In this document: piece after piece, positions 38,783 to 47,214 of the stretch
Position numbering within the stretch: position 1 is the stretch's first letter
Layout of the letters: each line of letters begins with the position of its first letter
Assembly: GCA_963698075.1 (NCBI GenBank)
Contig: OY969116.1
Coordinates: forward strand, 606,131-670,130
DNA: 64,000 nucleotides
Direction of reading: 5' to 3'
DNA from: an uncultured Candidatus Berkelbacteria bacterium
Lineage (GTDB): Bacteria > Patescibacteriota > UBA1384 > UBA12157 > JAENIV01
Notes under the pieces: generated by a model
Database searches by the model: none
What the model was told of the DNA's origin: nothing
What the model saw: only the letters and a program-made list of their open reading frames with translations
Program-made: the position numbers and the translations under genes

Positions 38783-39466
38783 TCAGTGCGCCCTGTCCCA
38801 GTAGCCCTGTGTGTGGCTCCAGTTCTGCCAGTAGTAGTAGGTTTCCATGGGGAAGACGACTTCGGTGTAGGTGTGAGAAAGACAGGCAAAGATGGACCTC
38901 ACCAGACCTGTTACGGCCTCGAACTCATCCCTTTTCGTTGAAATACAGAGGGCGAAGTTGAGTATGGGTGAGATTCCAGTGGTGACCGGTGGTCTCCCGG
39001 ATTGCCACTTCATGGGCATCAGAGAGAAGGCGCAATAGTTACGGTTGATGCTACCTTCCAACTGGCCCAAGTACCACTCCTCAAACGGCTGAGGATTGGT
39101 CTGCCATTCGGGGAAGTCCTCGCTCACGCTCATTTCCCGGATAAAGCCCGAGAAGTAGAACCAGAGGTAGGGGTTCGGATCCCCTTCCTCGCCCTGATTG
39201 GGATAGACCAACCGCGCCTGGAATGGGCCACTAATAGCCGAGACGAGCCATTCGAGCACAGTCACCAAGCCGGGCGCAGGGGCACAGGAATGATGAGCGG
39301 AACCCATGGTAACTACCGGGTCCTCTAGTCGGTAGAGTACCTTTGAGTGGCTCCCCAGCATGGGGCAGGGTTGAGCTACCATGGTTGGCTGGGCCGGACA
39401 CTTGTTCGACCTCAGCAGAGCCACAAGCTGAACGACCAGAACAGCAACAACAAGCACGATTAGCAT
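38783..39466 (-). CDS. Secreted hypothetical protein (GC-rich cassette F)
   Basis: AAAGGAG RBS. Signal peptide MLIVLVVAVLVVQLVALL. Trp/Tyr-rich mature domain. Confidence 0.5.
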   Translation of the reverse strand: MLIVLVVAVLVVQLVALLRSNKCPAQPTMVAQPCPMLGSHSKVLYRLEDPVVTMGSAHHSCAPAPGLVTVLEWLVSAISGPFQARLVYPNQGEEGDPNPYLWFYFSGFIREMSVSEDFPEWQTNPQPFEEWYLGQLEGSINRNYCAFSLMPMKWQSGRPPVTTGISPILNFALCISTKRDEFEAVTGLVRSIFACLSHTYTEVVFPMETYYYWQNWSHTQGYWDRAH

Positions 39467-39481
39467 TTCCTTTCTCCTTTT

Positions 39482-39943
39482 TCAGGGTGACTTCATTACC
39501 CTTGTTAGCGCTCGAACGATCTTCGGGGCCATTCGGCTGCGAAATCTGGCGTAGGCTGAGATTGCGCCTGGCCCAGGTCGAAGGCCCAACAGCTCTGCCT
39601 CATAGGACCCTAACCGCTGCCCACAAGAATCATAGAAACAGACATATATCCTCCAGTTGGCTCGATAGGTTCCATTGACCGGCCGCTCTGACATGGATTG
39701 GTTAACGTCCCCGAGGATCCTATAGTCAGCTTGGACTTCCAGGCACATCTGTCGTGCTTGTTCCCAGTCTTGGTCCGGGAAATGAGACACCACGGCGGCC
39801 CCGCGCTTATTTAATTCTTCGCAGACTAAGTAATGAAGCACGCCGAAGCCGTCTCCTTTGAACGGATATCCTTGAAGGTCCTGCCAGAGACATACAGCGA
39901 CTCTCAGCGATATTTGGGAACATCTAACGAATGGGTTTGCCAT
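39482..39943 (-). CDS. Hypothetical protein (GC-rich cassette F)
   Basis: Start taken at MANPFVRCSQ (ATG at 39943 after AAAGGAGAAG). Several Cys residues. The longer ORF reaching 40054 runs into the promoter. Confidence 0.5.
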   Translation of the reverse strand: MANPFVRCSQISLRVAVCLWQDLQGYPFKGDGFGVLHYLVCEELNKRGAAVVSHFPDQDWEQARQMCLEVQADYRILGDVNQSMSERPVNGTYRANWRIYVCFYDSCGQRLGSYEAELLGLRPGPGAISAYARFRSRMAPKIVRALTRVMKSP

Positions 39944-39971
39944 CCGGTCTTCTCCTTTGTTCAGGTACAAC

Positions 39972-40106
39972 CGATAGAATTGGCTTCTGGCCGATTTTCT
40001 ATCGTTCAAGAGATTATAGTATAAATGGTATAAAATGTCAATAGGTAGAGACATTAATTGTTAAAATAAGGTTAATATTGACTACTATTGATAAATTGTG
40101 TATAAT
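39972..40106. promoter_or_regulatory. Divergent consensus promoters between cassette F and TrmB-4, plus an operator-like palindrome
   Basis: Minus strand: TTGACA (40037-40042 rc)-18-TATAAT (40013-40018 rc). The leader holds the inverted repeat CGATAGAA (39972-39979)-N17-TTCTATCG (39997-40004). Plus strand: TTGACT 40078-40083, 17 nt, TATAAT 40101-40106. Confidence 0.5.
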
Positions 40107-40118
40107 AAATATACAAAT

Positions 40119-40856
40119 ATGGAAAATATTGATTTATCCCCTTTCGGCTTAAATCCAAATCAGGCCAAAATATACCTGGCCTTGCTTGAATTGGGCCAGG
40201 CCAATATTTTAGAGATTGCCAACAAAGCCGGTTTGAGCCGGATCACAGTTTATAACGAGCTCGACGATCTCTTGGCCTTTGGCTATGCCAGTTTTGTTAT
40301 TCAGGGTAAAAGAAAGCTATATTTGCCAGAGCCGCCCCGAAAACTGGAGAAAAGACGGCTTTTCAGGGAGAAAATCGCCCAAGAGACCCTTCCTCAACTG
40401 GAGAAGATGTACGCCTCTGTCACCCACCGGCCATCAGTTAAATTTTATGAGGGGAGAGAAGGTTTAATTACTATGGTTGAAGATGTCCATGCCACGGTTC
40501 CTGATGGCAGTCGTTACGATGTGATGTATAATTCTGAAGCCGAAATCGCCTTGGTGGGTCGTGAAAATTGGAACCGATGGCTTGAGGCGAGGAAAAAGCG
40601 GGGGATTTGGGTCAGGTTAATCTGTGAGAAAACCAGGGAAAGCAAAAAATGGGATAAAGAAGGCGAAAAAACTAACCGAATTGTCAGATTCTTACCCAGG
40701 GGCCAAAAGGTATTTGTCAGCTATCATATTTACGAGAATAAAGTTTCCATTTTTTCTTTAACCGAACCAGTGGTCGGCGTGATTATCGAGAACAAAGAAA
40801 TCGCCGATATGCAAAGAATGCAGTTTGAATATATGTGGCAGGCCTTGAAGGGTTGA
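40119..40856 (+). CDS. TrmB-family transcriptional regulator (paralog 4)
   Basis: NQAKIYLALLELGQANILEIANKAGLSRITVY is a near-consensus TrmB wHTH. ATG 40119 lies about 13 nt after the -10 box, so the mRNA would be leaderless or nearly so. C-terminus IIENKEIADMQRMQFEYMW. Confidence 0.7.
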   Translation: MENIDLSPFGLNPNQAKIYLALLELGQANILEIANKAGLSRITVYNELDDLLAFGYASFVIQGKRKLYLPEPPRKLEKRRLFREKIAQETLPQLEKMYASVTHRPSVKFYEGREGLITMVEDVHATVPDGSRYDVMYNSEAEIALVGRENWNRWLEARKKRGIWVRLICEKTRESKKWDKEGEKTNRIVRFLPRGQKVFVSYHIYENKVSIFSLTEPVVGVIIENKEIADMQRMQFEYMWQALKG

Positions 40857-40903
40857 AAAATTCTTAAGATAAGGTATAATGGAAGAGATCCGAAAGGAGC
40901 TAA

Positions 40904-41038
40904 ATGAAAAGAACATATCAACCCCACAACAAACGAAGAAAAAGAGTCCATGGATTCCGCTCAAAGATGAAGACTATCGGCGGCCGGCGGGTTTTGCAAA
41001 GCCGCCGCGCCAAGGGTAGAAAAAGACTGGCGGTATAA
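40904..41038 (+). CDS. rpmH: 50S ribosomal protein L34
   Basis: [44 protein letters not shown], 44 aa, with AAAGGAG RBS and a TTGAAA-17-TATAAT promoter at 40852-40880. It is absent from the ORF track because it is under 60 aa. Confidence 0.85.
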   Translation: MKRTYQPHNKRRKRVHGFRSKMKTIGGRRVLQSRRAKGRKRLAV

Positions 41039-41349
41039 TGTTGGCCAAAAAATTCCGCTTATCCAGAAAACAAATCGGTTTGATTCACAAAAGGGGGAGA
41101 CGGCTGAACGCCGAAGGGATCGGCCTCAAATGCTTACCCAACCATTTAGGATATTCCCGATTTGCCGTCAATGTGCCGATAAGCGTTTCCAAAAAAGCTA
41201 CAGAGCGTAACCGCATCAGACGAATCATCTACGACGAAATCGGCAAAGCCAGCTCCAAAGGCAGCGTTGACTGTCTGATCGGCATCTATCGGAAAGATGA
41301 TGAAGCGGCTATCCGCCAAAAAATCAAAAAAATATGTGTAAGTTTATAG
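41038..41349 (+). CDS. rnpA: RNase P protein component
   Basis: Overlaps the rpmH stop (TAATG). [12 protein letters not shown] and [11 protein letters not shown] match the RnpA RNR motif. Conserved rpmH-rnpA order. Confidence 0.75.
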   Translation: MLAKKFRLSRKQIGLIHKRGRRLNAEGIGLKCLPNHLGYSRFAVNVPISVSKKATERNRIRRIIYDEIGKASSKGSVDCLIGIYRKDDEAAIRQKIKKICVSL

Positions 41350-41570
41350 TCAAAAAAGTCATTCGTCTTTATCAGAAAACTTTATCTTTCGACCACGGCC
41401 CCTTATCCGTCTTTTACAGCGAGGGCTTCTGTCGCTTCCAACCCACCTGCAGCCAGTATACTTATGAGGCGATTGACAAATACGGAGTTATAAAGGGCGG
41501 TTGGTTGGGATTCGTGCGGATTTGCCGCTGCACGCCATGGAGCAAAGGAGGATGGGACCCGGTGAAATAA
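41334..41570 (+). CDS. yidD: Membrane protein insertion efficiency factor YidD
   Basis: [43 protein letters not shown] is the YidD signature. Confidence 0.8.
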   Translation: MCKFIVKKVIRLYQKTLSFDHGPLSVFYSEGFCRFQPTCSQYTYEAIDKYGVIKGGWLGFVRICRCTPWSKGGWDPVK

Positions 41571-41672
41571 GCTAAAAGCTAAAAACGCAAATGTTAAAAC
41601 TGCAGCAGAAAGCATAAAAGATTAAAATCCTTTAAGTTTTTTCTTGAAGTTTTACGCTTTGCCATTTAAACT

Positions 41673-42506
41673 TTGACATTTATGACCACCATAAAACTTA
41701 TCTTAAAAACAATTTTATACCGGCCGTTGTATAACGCCCTGATCTTTTTGGTTTGGTTAATTCCTGGTCACAATGTTGCCTGGGCGATTATTATTTTGAC
41801 AATTATCATTCGCCTGATTTTATTGCCCTCCTCGCTTAAGGCCGCGCGCGCTCAAATCAAACTCCGCGACCTCCAGCCGGAACTGACTAAAATCCAGGCC
41901 GAATACAAAGATGACAAAACCAAACAATCCCAGGCGGTAATGGCATTTTATAAAAAACACAAAGTCAGCCCCTGGGGTTCCTGTTTACCGCTCTTGATCC
42001 AATTCCCAATTTTAATCGTTCTTTATTATGTTTTTATCAATGGTTTAGGCACCCAGCGTTTTGATCTTTTATATTCATTTATGCCCAGACCCGAATTTAT
42101 CAATACGATTTGGCTGGGGATTGATTTAGCCAAACCCGACCGTTGGGTTTTACCGATTATTACGGGAATCTTGCAGTTTATCCAAGGCCGCCAAATGCAG
42201 CCCAAACCCCAGCCAGGAAAAAGTCAAGACATGCAGACAGCGATGTCGCGGCAAATGCTTTATTTGATGCCGATTTTTACCGTCATTATTGCCATGAGAT
42301 TGCCGGCAGCGCTGCCTTTGTATTGGGGGATTACGACGCTCTTTGGCATTGGCCAGCAATGGTGGGCGGGAAGAAGCATGAAGCATGAAGTACCAAGTAC
42401 GACGGACGAAGAAAAGAAAGAAGAATATCGCTCGCCGGAAAAACACGAAACCGTTGACAAGCAGGTTAAACATGGAGTGGAAGTGACAGTGAGGAGGAAA
42501 AAATGA
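41673..42506 (+). CDS. yidC: YidC/Oxa1-family membrane insertase (short form)
   Basis: Multi-TM, LQPELTKIQAEYKDDKTKQSQAVMAFYKKHKVSPWGSCLPLLIQFPI, C-terminal basic tail. Confidence 0.8.
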   Translation: MTFMTTIKLILKTILYRPLYNALIFLVWLIPGHNVAWAIIILTIIIRLILLPSSLKAARAQIKLRDLQPELTKIQAEYKDDKTKQSQAVMAFYKKHKVSPWGSCLPLLIQFPILIVLYYVFINGLGTQRFDLLYSFMPRPEFINTIWLGIDLAKPDRWVLPIITGILQFIQGRQMQPKPQPGKSQDMQTAMSRQMLYLMPIFTVIIAMRLPAALPLYWGITTLFGIGQQWWAGRSMKHEVPSTTDEEKKEEYRSPEKHETVDKQVKHGVEVTVRRKK

Positions 42507-42958
42507 GTCTAGATAAAATCAAGATTGAAAAAACCGCCCAAAACCTTATTGGTCATTTTGATCCCCAGGCGAGATTAGCGGTCGAGATGGCGGAAGGAGG
42601 CTGTAATATCAATATTGATACCGAGATTTCCGGGCTTTTAATTGGTCGCCACGGCGAAACTTTAGAAGCGCTCCAGCACCTTTTAAGATTATTGATTGCT
42701 AAAGAACAAGAGGAATTCGTGCCTTTGATTTTGGATATTGCCGGCTATCGCGCCGCAAGGCAACAGGAACTGGAAACCCTGGCTCGTGATTTAGCCCAAA
42801 AAGTTAAAAACTTTGGTGGCTCGGAAACTATGCCCTCGATGAGCGCCTACGAAAGGCGATTGGTTCATGTCTTGCTCCAGGATATCGAAGGCATCGAAAG
42901 CGCCTCCGAAGGCGAAGAACCGTACCGGCGGATTGTGATAAGACCGGGAAAGAAATAG
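42503..42958 (+). CDS. jag: Jag/KhpB-like RNA-binding protein (KH + R3H)
   Basis: GLLIGRHGETLEALQHL (KH-like GxxG) and C-terminal R3H-like ERRLVHVLL. Conserved position after yidC. Confidence 0.7.
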   Translation: MSLDKIKIEKTAQNLIGHFDPQARLAVEMAEGGCNINIDTEISGLLIGRHGETLEALQHLLRLLIAKEQEEFVPLILDIAGYRAARQQELETLARDLAQKVKNFGGSETMPSMSAYERRLVHVLLQDIEGIESASEGEEPYRRIVIRPGKK

Positions 42959-43048
42959 GGAGAGGTGCTGGAGTGGTTGATCAGGCCGCTCTCGAAAAGC
43001 GGTAAGTCCGCAAGGGCTTCGTGAGTTCGAATCTCACCCTCTCCGCCA
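42959..43048 (+). tRNA. tRNA-Ser (anticodon CGA), type II with long variable arm
   Basis: Acceptor GGAGAGG/CCTCTCC. D-arm with GG. 5-bp anticodon stem CCGCT/AGCGG with loop CT-CGA-AA. 18-nt variable arm. T-arm GTGAG-TTCGAAT-CTCAC. Discriminator G plus CCA. Confidence 0.85.
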
Positions 43049-43109
43049 GAATTACTTTGGAACTTTTTAAGACAGTGGAAAAGGACATAAGGTTGAGAAG
43101 AAAGCAAGA

Positions 43110-43131
43110 AAGACCGTTTTGGGTCTTTTTT
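43110..43131 (+). terminator. Intrinsic terminator after the tRNA
   Basis: AAGACC-gtttt-GGTCTT followed by TTTTT. Confidence 0.55.
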
Positions 43132-43160
43132 GGTGCCAAATAGGGCTATTTTTAAATGAT

Positions 43161-43184
43161 AGAGGAAGGGATTCGAACCTTTGC
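43161..43184 (-). other. tRNA 3'-half-like fragment (T-arm GGTTCGAATCC + acceptor-like CCTCT) on the opposite strand; possible att-site remnant
   Basis: Minus strand reads caaaGGTTCGAATCCcttcctct. It lies between tRNA-Ser and the 3' end of the serine recombinase gene. Confidence 0.35.
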
Positions 43185-43231
43185 TTTAACCATAAAAGGC
43201 TCCGTAGTTTGGAACCTTTCGCTAATATTGC

Positions 43232-44593
43232 CTATTGTTTGATGATAACTTGCTTATCTTGTAGGTAAATTGTTGTATTCAGGCAGCCGATTAGCTCTCT
43301 TTTTTGTTCCTTGGTGCCTTCTTGAAAGATGTATTTGATAAAATCAGGCGGAATGAGCTCATTTTCTGATTGATCGATGTTTTGTCCTTCTAAAGTACGC
43401 TTAATCAGCATAATTTTATCTAATTCCGGTTTTAAGATTGGTTTAACTTCGACTTCTTGGATTGGTGCCTGTTTTAGGTGTTCGGTTAGCTGTTCTACGA
43501 GCTTTTCTTCTCTGATATACGGTTCGGAACAGTCAAAATCATTAAATTGAGTGCAGTGATAGTAAATATATCTTCTTTTGGTCCCACTACTGAAGTTTCG
43601 AGTAATCTCCTGGGCTGTGATCCCCGAGTTGCACGAGCCACATTTGAATAATCTAGTGAAATCAAATTGTTTGGTACCAGGTTTTGATTTCGGCGGGACA
43701 ACCATTTTCTTCTGTACCGCATCAAATAACTCCTTGGAGATAATTGGTTCGTACGAACCTTTGTACCATTTGCCATCGTATGTAAAAAAGCCGGAATAAT
43801 ATGGATTATTAAGCATTTTATAGATAACACTCAGCGTTAATACCTTACCGTTTCGAGATCTAAAATTAGTTTCGTCTTTTAACCAGTCATATATATCACG
43901 GCCCGAACAACCTTCATATGCAACTTTTTCAAATATCTGTTTAATAATCGGAGCTCTTTCTTTGTCAACAAATACCTTTTTTAACCCTTTACCCGAATAA
44001 TAATCATTTAGATAGCCTAAAGGTGCAAAATTCGGTCTAAATCCCATCTCACACTTGGTTTTCTGACCTCTTTTAACATTAATGCCCCTGTTATCGTTTT
44101 CAAGTTTGGCTTGAGAGCAAAGAATCATTAAAAGGAACTTGTCATTTGGTGAATTGGTGAAAATTTGACCATGAGTTCTGATTTCCTTCAAATAGCCATT
44201 ATCCATCAAATCGATTATCGAGCCCAAATCTCCGGCATTTCGGCTTAATCTGTCCGGTGCCCAGCTCAATATCCCTTGAAACAAACCATTTTTGATATCG
44301 ACTATTAATTGATTCAAGACTGGTCTCATGCCGGTCGCTTTAGCCGAATGACTTTCTCTTCTAATATCAGTTACCAAAAGACCCTCATTTTGTGCCTGAA
44401 CGGCCATTTCTCTTATCTGGGAATCAATTGAAAGGGCCTGCCGTTCATCGTCTTCGCTGCTTTTTCGAGCGTAAAGACAGTAACGAACAGCCGCTTTTTG
44501 GGCTTCTGGGGCTTGAATTGGCTTGCCGTTTTGCTCCTTAGGTAGTAGAAGCGGCGAAGTATTGGTTAAATTTACTCCTTGGGGACTCATCAT
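43232..44593 (-). CDS. Large serine recombinase (integrase)
   Basis: N-terminal resolvase domain with catalytic-Ser region AVRYCLYARKSSEDDERQALSIDSQ. A recombinase domain and a C-terminal zinc ribbon (CGSCNSG...C). 453 aa. Adjacent to tRNA-Ser. Confidence 0.75.
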   Translation of the reverse strand: MMSPQGVNLTNTSPLLLPKEQNGKPIQAPEAQKAAVRYCLYARKSSEDDERQALSIDSQIREMAVQAQNEGLLVTDIRRESHSAKATGMRPVLNQLIVDIKNGLFQGILSWAPDRLSRNAGDLGSIIDLMDNGYLKEIRTHGQIFTNSPNDKFLLMILCSQAKLENDNRGINVKRGQKTKCEMGFRPNFAPLGYLNDYYSGKGLKKVFVDKERAPIIKQIFEKVAYEGCSGRDIYDWLKDETNFRSRNGKVLTLSVIYKMLNNPYYSGFFTYDGKWYKGSYEPIISKELFDAVQKKMVVPPKSKPGTKQFDFTRLFKCGSCNSGITAQEITRNFSSGTKRRYIYYHCTQFNDFDCSEPYIREEKLVEQLTEHLKQAPIQEVEVKPILKPELDKIMLIKRTLEGQNIDQSENELIPPDFIKYIFQEGTKEQKRELIGCLNTTIYLQDKQVIIKQ

Positions 44594-44793
44594 TACTCCT
44601 TAAACCTCTAGGTCAAGGGAGATGATACCGCCCATGTTGGGGAAGTCAAGGCCTAATTTTTAAAATCAACCAAAATGTCCACAAACCAGTAAAAAGCTTC
44701 CCAAATGACTTTAGCTATGCTAAAATCAGAGTAGTTTCAGAAATACCTTAAAAATCGCCTAAATCTCGCTTTTGCGGGACATGGCTCACAAAT

Positions 44794-44900
44794 CACACGC
44801 AAATAAAGACGGTCTTCCGACCGCACCATTTGCGTGTGTCTGTGCCCGAAAGGGTACAGGGTAGTCCCGAAAGGGGCTGCCGCGGTTCGGGAGACCATTT
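44794..44900. ncRNA. Candidate structured RNA or recombination-site region upstream of the recombinase
   Basis: 11-bp stem CACACGCAAAT (44794-44804) / ATTTGCGTGTG (44828-44838) enclosing GACGGTC-ttcc-GACCG. Then two GNRA-type hairpins CCC-GAAA-GGG (44845-44854 and 44866-44876). No ORF is supported there. Confidence 0.25.
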
Positions 44901-44960
44901 TTGTATTTAAAAAGGTTTTTGGTCGATAACCAATAATTAAAAGTTAGAAAGGAAAAAACA

Positions 44961-45416
44961 ATGGAAAACAAGAAAAAAGGGATGTCAACTTTGGCTAAAT
45001 TAGGCATTGGTTGTGGCGGTTTTATCATCCTTATTATCATTATCGCTGTAGCTGTCGGATCAGGTAGTAAGGGTTCCAACACCCAAAAGGTAACCAATCC
45101 CGAAAAATCTTCCGGAGAGACGACTACCAATCAGTCTAAACCTGCAACTGAAAAAATGACCATTACCAACTCAAACGCCAAAGATAAGGGTTATGGCATG
45201 TGGGAAGTGGTCGGCGAAGTCAAAAACAATGACTCGATTAAACATTCAGCTTTTTTAAAAGCCACCTTCTATGGTGATAGTGGTCAAATTTTAGGGACAG
45301 CATCTGGAGCGGTAAATGATGTCACGCCAGGTGAGACAAAAACCTTCAATCTGATCAGCACTGATTCTGTCACTGGCTACAAGGAAATGAAAGTCCAAGT
45401 CGACACCCTAATATAA
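44961..45416 (+). CDS. Membrane-anchored hypothetical protein
   Basis: GGAAAAAACA-ATG. One transmembrane helix (LAKLGIGCGGFIILIIIIAVAV), a Ser/Thr/Asn-rich linker and a beta-rich C-terminal domain. Confidence 0.5.
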   Translation: MENKKKGMSTLAKLGIGCGGFIILIIIIAVAVGSGSKGSNTQKVTNPEKSSGETTTNQSKPATEKMTITNSNAKDKGYGMWEVVGEVKNNDSIKHSAFLKATFYGDSGQILGTASGAVNDVTPGETKTFNLISTDSVTGYKEMKVQVDTLI

Positions 45417-45448
45417 GAGCAGGAGTTAAATTAGCAAAGGAGTTTTTT

Positions 45449-46114
45449 ATGAAAAAGCTGATTTTGGTTTTCTTTCTTTTGATGTTTATAACCATTCCAC
45501 TTACAAATGTCAAAGCGTCAGCACCCTTCGATGGTAAAATGATTGCTTTAGACGCTGGACATGGTGGAAGCGATACTGGGGCAGTCAACGGCGCGTATGG
45601 GCTGCAGGAAAAAGATGTTAATTTAGCGGTTGTTTATGCTTTAAGAGACAAGTTAAAATCGGCAGGTGCGACTGTTGTTTTAACGCGTGAAGAGGATGAG
45701 ACGATTGTTTCGCGCAAAGAACGGATTGATATTGCTAAACAAAAATGCGCCAGTTATGGCCGAGAGTGCGATATTTTAGTTTCCATGCACCACAACGGCT
45801 CATATGACCCTAGAACAGACGGAACAATGGTTATTTATAATGAAAAACAAGACAAACCTTTAGCTTTCGCTTTGCACGATAGTTTAATAAATAGCTTGGG
45901 ATTGCCTGACTTAGGATATGAAAATGGCGGTTATGGCATTACCGTTCATGGTCATTTGGTATCGGTTTTAACGGAGGCCTATTTTATCACAAATGACTAT
46001 GAAGCCCAGCAATATCTTTCCGGTAATCGCAAAGATCAAGAAGTCCAAGCTCTTTATGATGGCATAGGTATATATTTCATAAATAAGCCAGTGAAAAAGG
46101 GCCGAACAAACTAA
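45449..46114 (+). CDS. N-acetylmuramoyl-L-alanine amidase (Amidase_3 family; probable endolysin or cell-wall amidase)
   Basis: Signal peptide. IALDAGHGGSDTGAV...E..NL.....L...L...GA.VVLTRE is the Amidase_3 (CwlC/AmiC-type) motif. Confidence 0.7.
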   Translation: MKKLILVFFLLMFITIPLTNVKASAPFDGKMIALDAGHGGSDTGAVNGAYGLQEKDVNLAVVYALRDKLKSAGATVVLTREEDETIVSRKERIDIAKQKCASYGRECDILVSMHHNGSYDPRTDGTMVIYNEKQDKPLAFALHDSLINSLGLPDLGYENGGYGITVHGHLVSVLTEAYFITNDYEAQQYLSGNRKDQEVQALYDGIGIYFINKPVKKGRTN

Positions 46115-46143
46115 TTATTCAATAGTGAAATTTAATTAAGAAA

Positions 46144-47214
46144 TCAGTCCTTGATAATTTTTTCAATTTCTTTTCTGATGCCGTTACCTCGACAATGTTT
46201 TAGAATGCCAAGATAAGATTGGATACTCATCTCCAATAATTCTGCATCCAGCGAGCCGTCAAGAAACAATTGATAATTATATCGAATATTTTTTAATATC
46301 CGTCGTTTAGTTGTAGCCCGTAAGACTATATGGTGAGGAAATAGAACATATCCCAAGAAATCAATTCCCTGGGTCCATTTCTTTATATGAATTTTATGTG
46401 GATGAAGTTGCAGTAAAAGATGATTTTTTAAAAATCCTTCAAGAATAGGAATTAAACTTTCTAAATGTATTTTATCTCTACTGATAATGATGAAATCGTC
46501 TGCATATCTGACAAAACACTTAACACTTAATCCTCTTTTTACAAATTGGTCCATAGGATTCAAATAGATATTAGAGAAAAGCTGAGAAGTAAGATTGCCA
46601 AGCGGTATTCCCCGAGTCTTAAATGCAGAATTGACGCTTTCATAGCTCGTAATAATTTCTTTAAGGAGCCATAATAATTTTTTCTCCTCAATTTTTTCAG
46701 ATAATAGATCCATTAAAGCTTGATGGTCGACTGAATCAAAGAATTTTGAGATATCACATTTCAAGAACCAAACGGGTTTAGTGTTATTTTTAGATAATCT
46801 CCAAGCAAGCTTTTGGCATTTCCTAATAGCTTTATGAGTGCCTTTGTTTTTCCGGCTGGAGTAAGAATCAAAGATAAAACCTTTATCAAATAATGGTTCG
46901 ATAACCCTCATTATCGCGTGATGGAGGACCCTGTCTTTGACTTGGGCTTTGTGAATATGTCTTAGCTTCGGATCACAAATATAAAAAGAGGCATAACTTG
47001 AATGCCGATAAGACAGATTTAGGAGGTCATAATGTAAAGCAAAGATATTGTTCTCAAGGTTTATTCCGAACTCTCTTACATCTGCTTTTTTCTCTTTTCC
47101 CACCTTAAACTCTTTCCAAGCAGCAAATAAATTATTAAGTGAGATTATTTGGAGGTATAAATTATGAATAACACTTTCGCTATCAACAAATTCTTCGATA
47201 TTTCTATTATCCAT
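46144..47214 (-). CDS. Diversity-generating retroelement reverse transcriptase
   Basis: RT motifs: KPVWFLKCDISKFFDSVDH, IPLGNLTSQLFSNIYL (the DGR-diagnostic [ILV]GxxxSQ in place of QGxxxSP), RYADDFII (YADD), QGIDFLGY. 356 aa with a short thumb. It lies adjacent to Avd, TR and VRs. Confidence 0.85.
   Translation of the reverse strand: MDNRNIEEFVDSESVIHNLYLQIISLNNLFAAWKEFKVGKEKKADVREFGINLENNIFALHYDLLNLSYRHSSYASFYICDPKLRHIHKAQVKDRVLHHAIMRVIEPLFDKGFIFDSYSSRKNKGTHKAIRKCQKLAWRLSKNNTKPVWFLKCDISKFFDSVDHQALMDLLSEKIEEKKLLWLLKEIITSYESVNSAFKTRGIPLGNLTSQLFSNIYLNPMDQFVKRGLSVKCFVRYADDFIIISRDKIHLESLIPILEGFLKNHLLLQLHPHKIHIKKWTQGIDFLGYVLFPHHIVLRATTKRRILKNIRYNYQLFLDGSLDAELLEMSIQSYLGILKHCRGNGIRKEIEKIIKD

Noticed and set aside
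5375-39950. GC-rich segments as assembly chimeras from another organism.
   Set aside because: It is not excluded, but each segment ends exactly at gene, RBS and terminator boundaries and sits behind a host-type low-GC promoter. Four are paired with paralogous host regulators. That regularity argues against random mis-joins, so they are kept as a finding with a read-level check recommended.
43161-43184. A second complete tRNA gene next to tRNA-Ser.
   Set aside because: Only a T-arm plus partial acceptor is present. There is no D-arm or anticodon arm and no CCA. It is treated as a fragment or att remnant.
44786-45130. 114-aa minus-strand ORF across the structured region and the start of the 44961 gene.
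   Set aside because: It has no RBS. It overlaps a better plus-strand gene and a hairpin-rich non-coding stretch. It is likely spurious.
46144-47214. RT as a retron or group II intron reverse transcriptase.
   Set aside because: No intron RNA domains or X/En domains are present. Motif 4 is LGNLTSQ (the DGR type), not QGxxxSP. A TR/VR pair with A-specific differences and an Avd gene are present.
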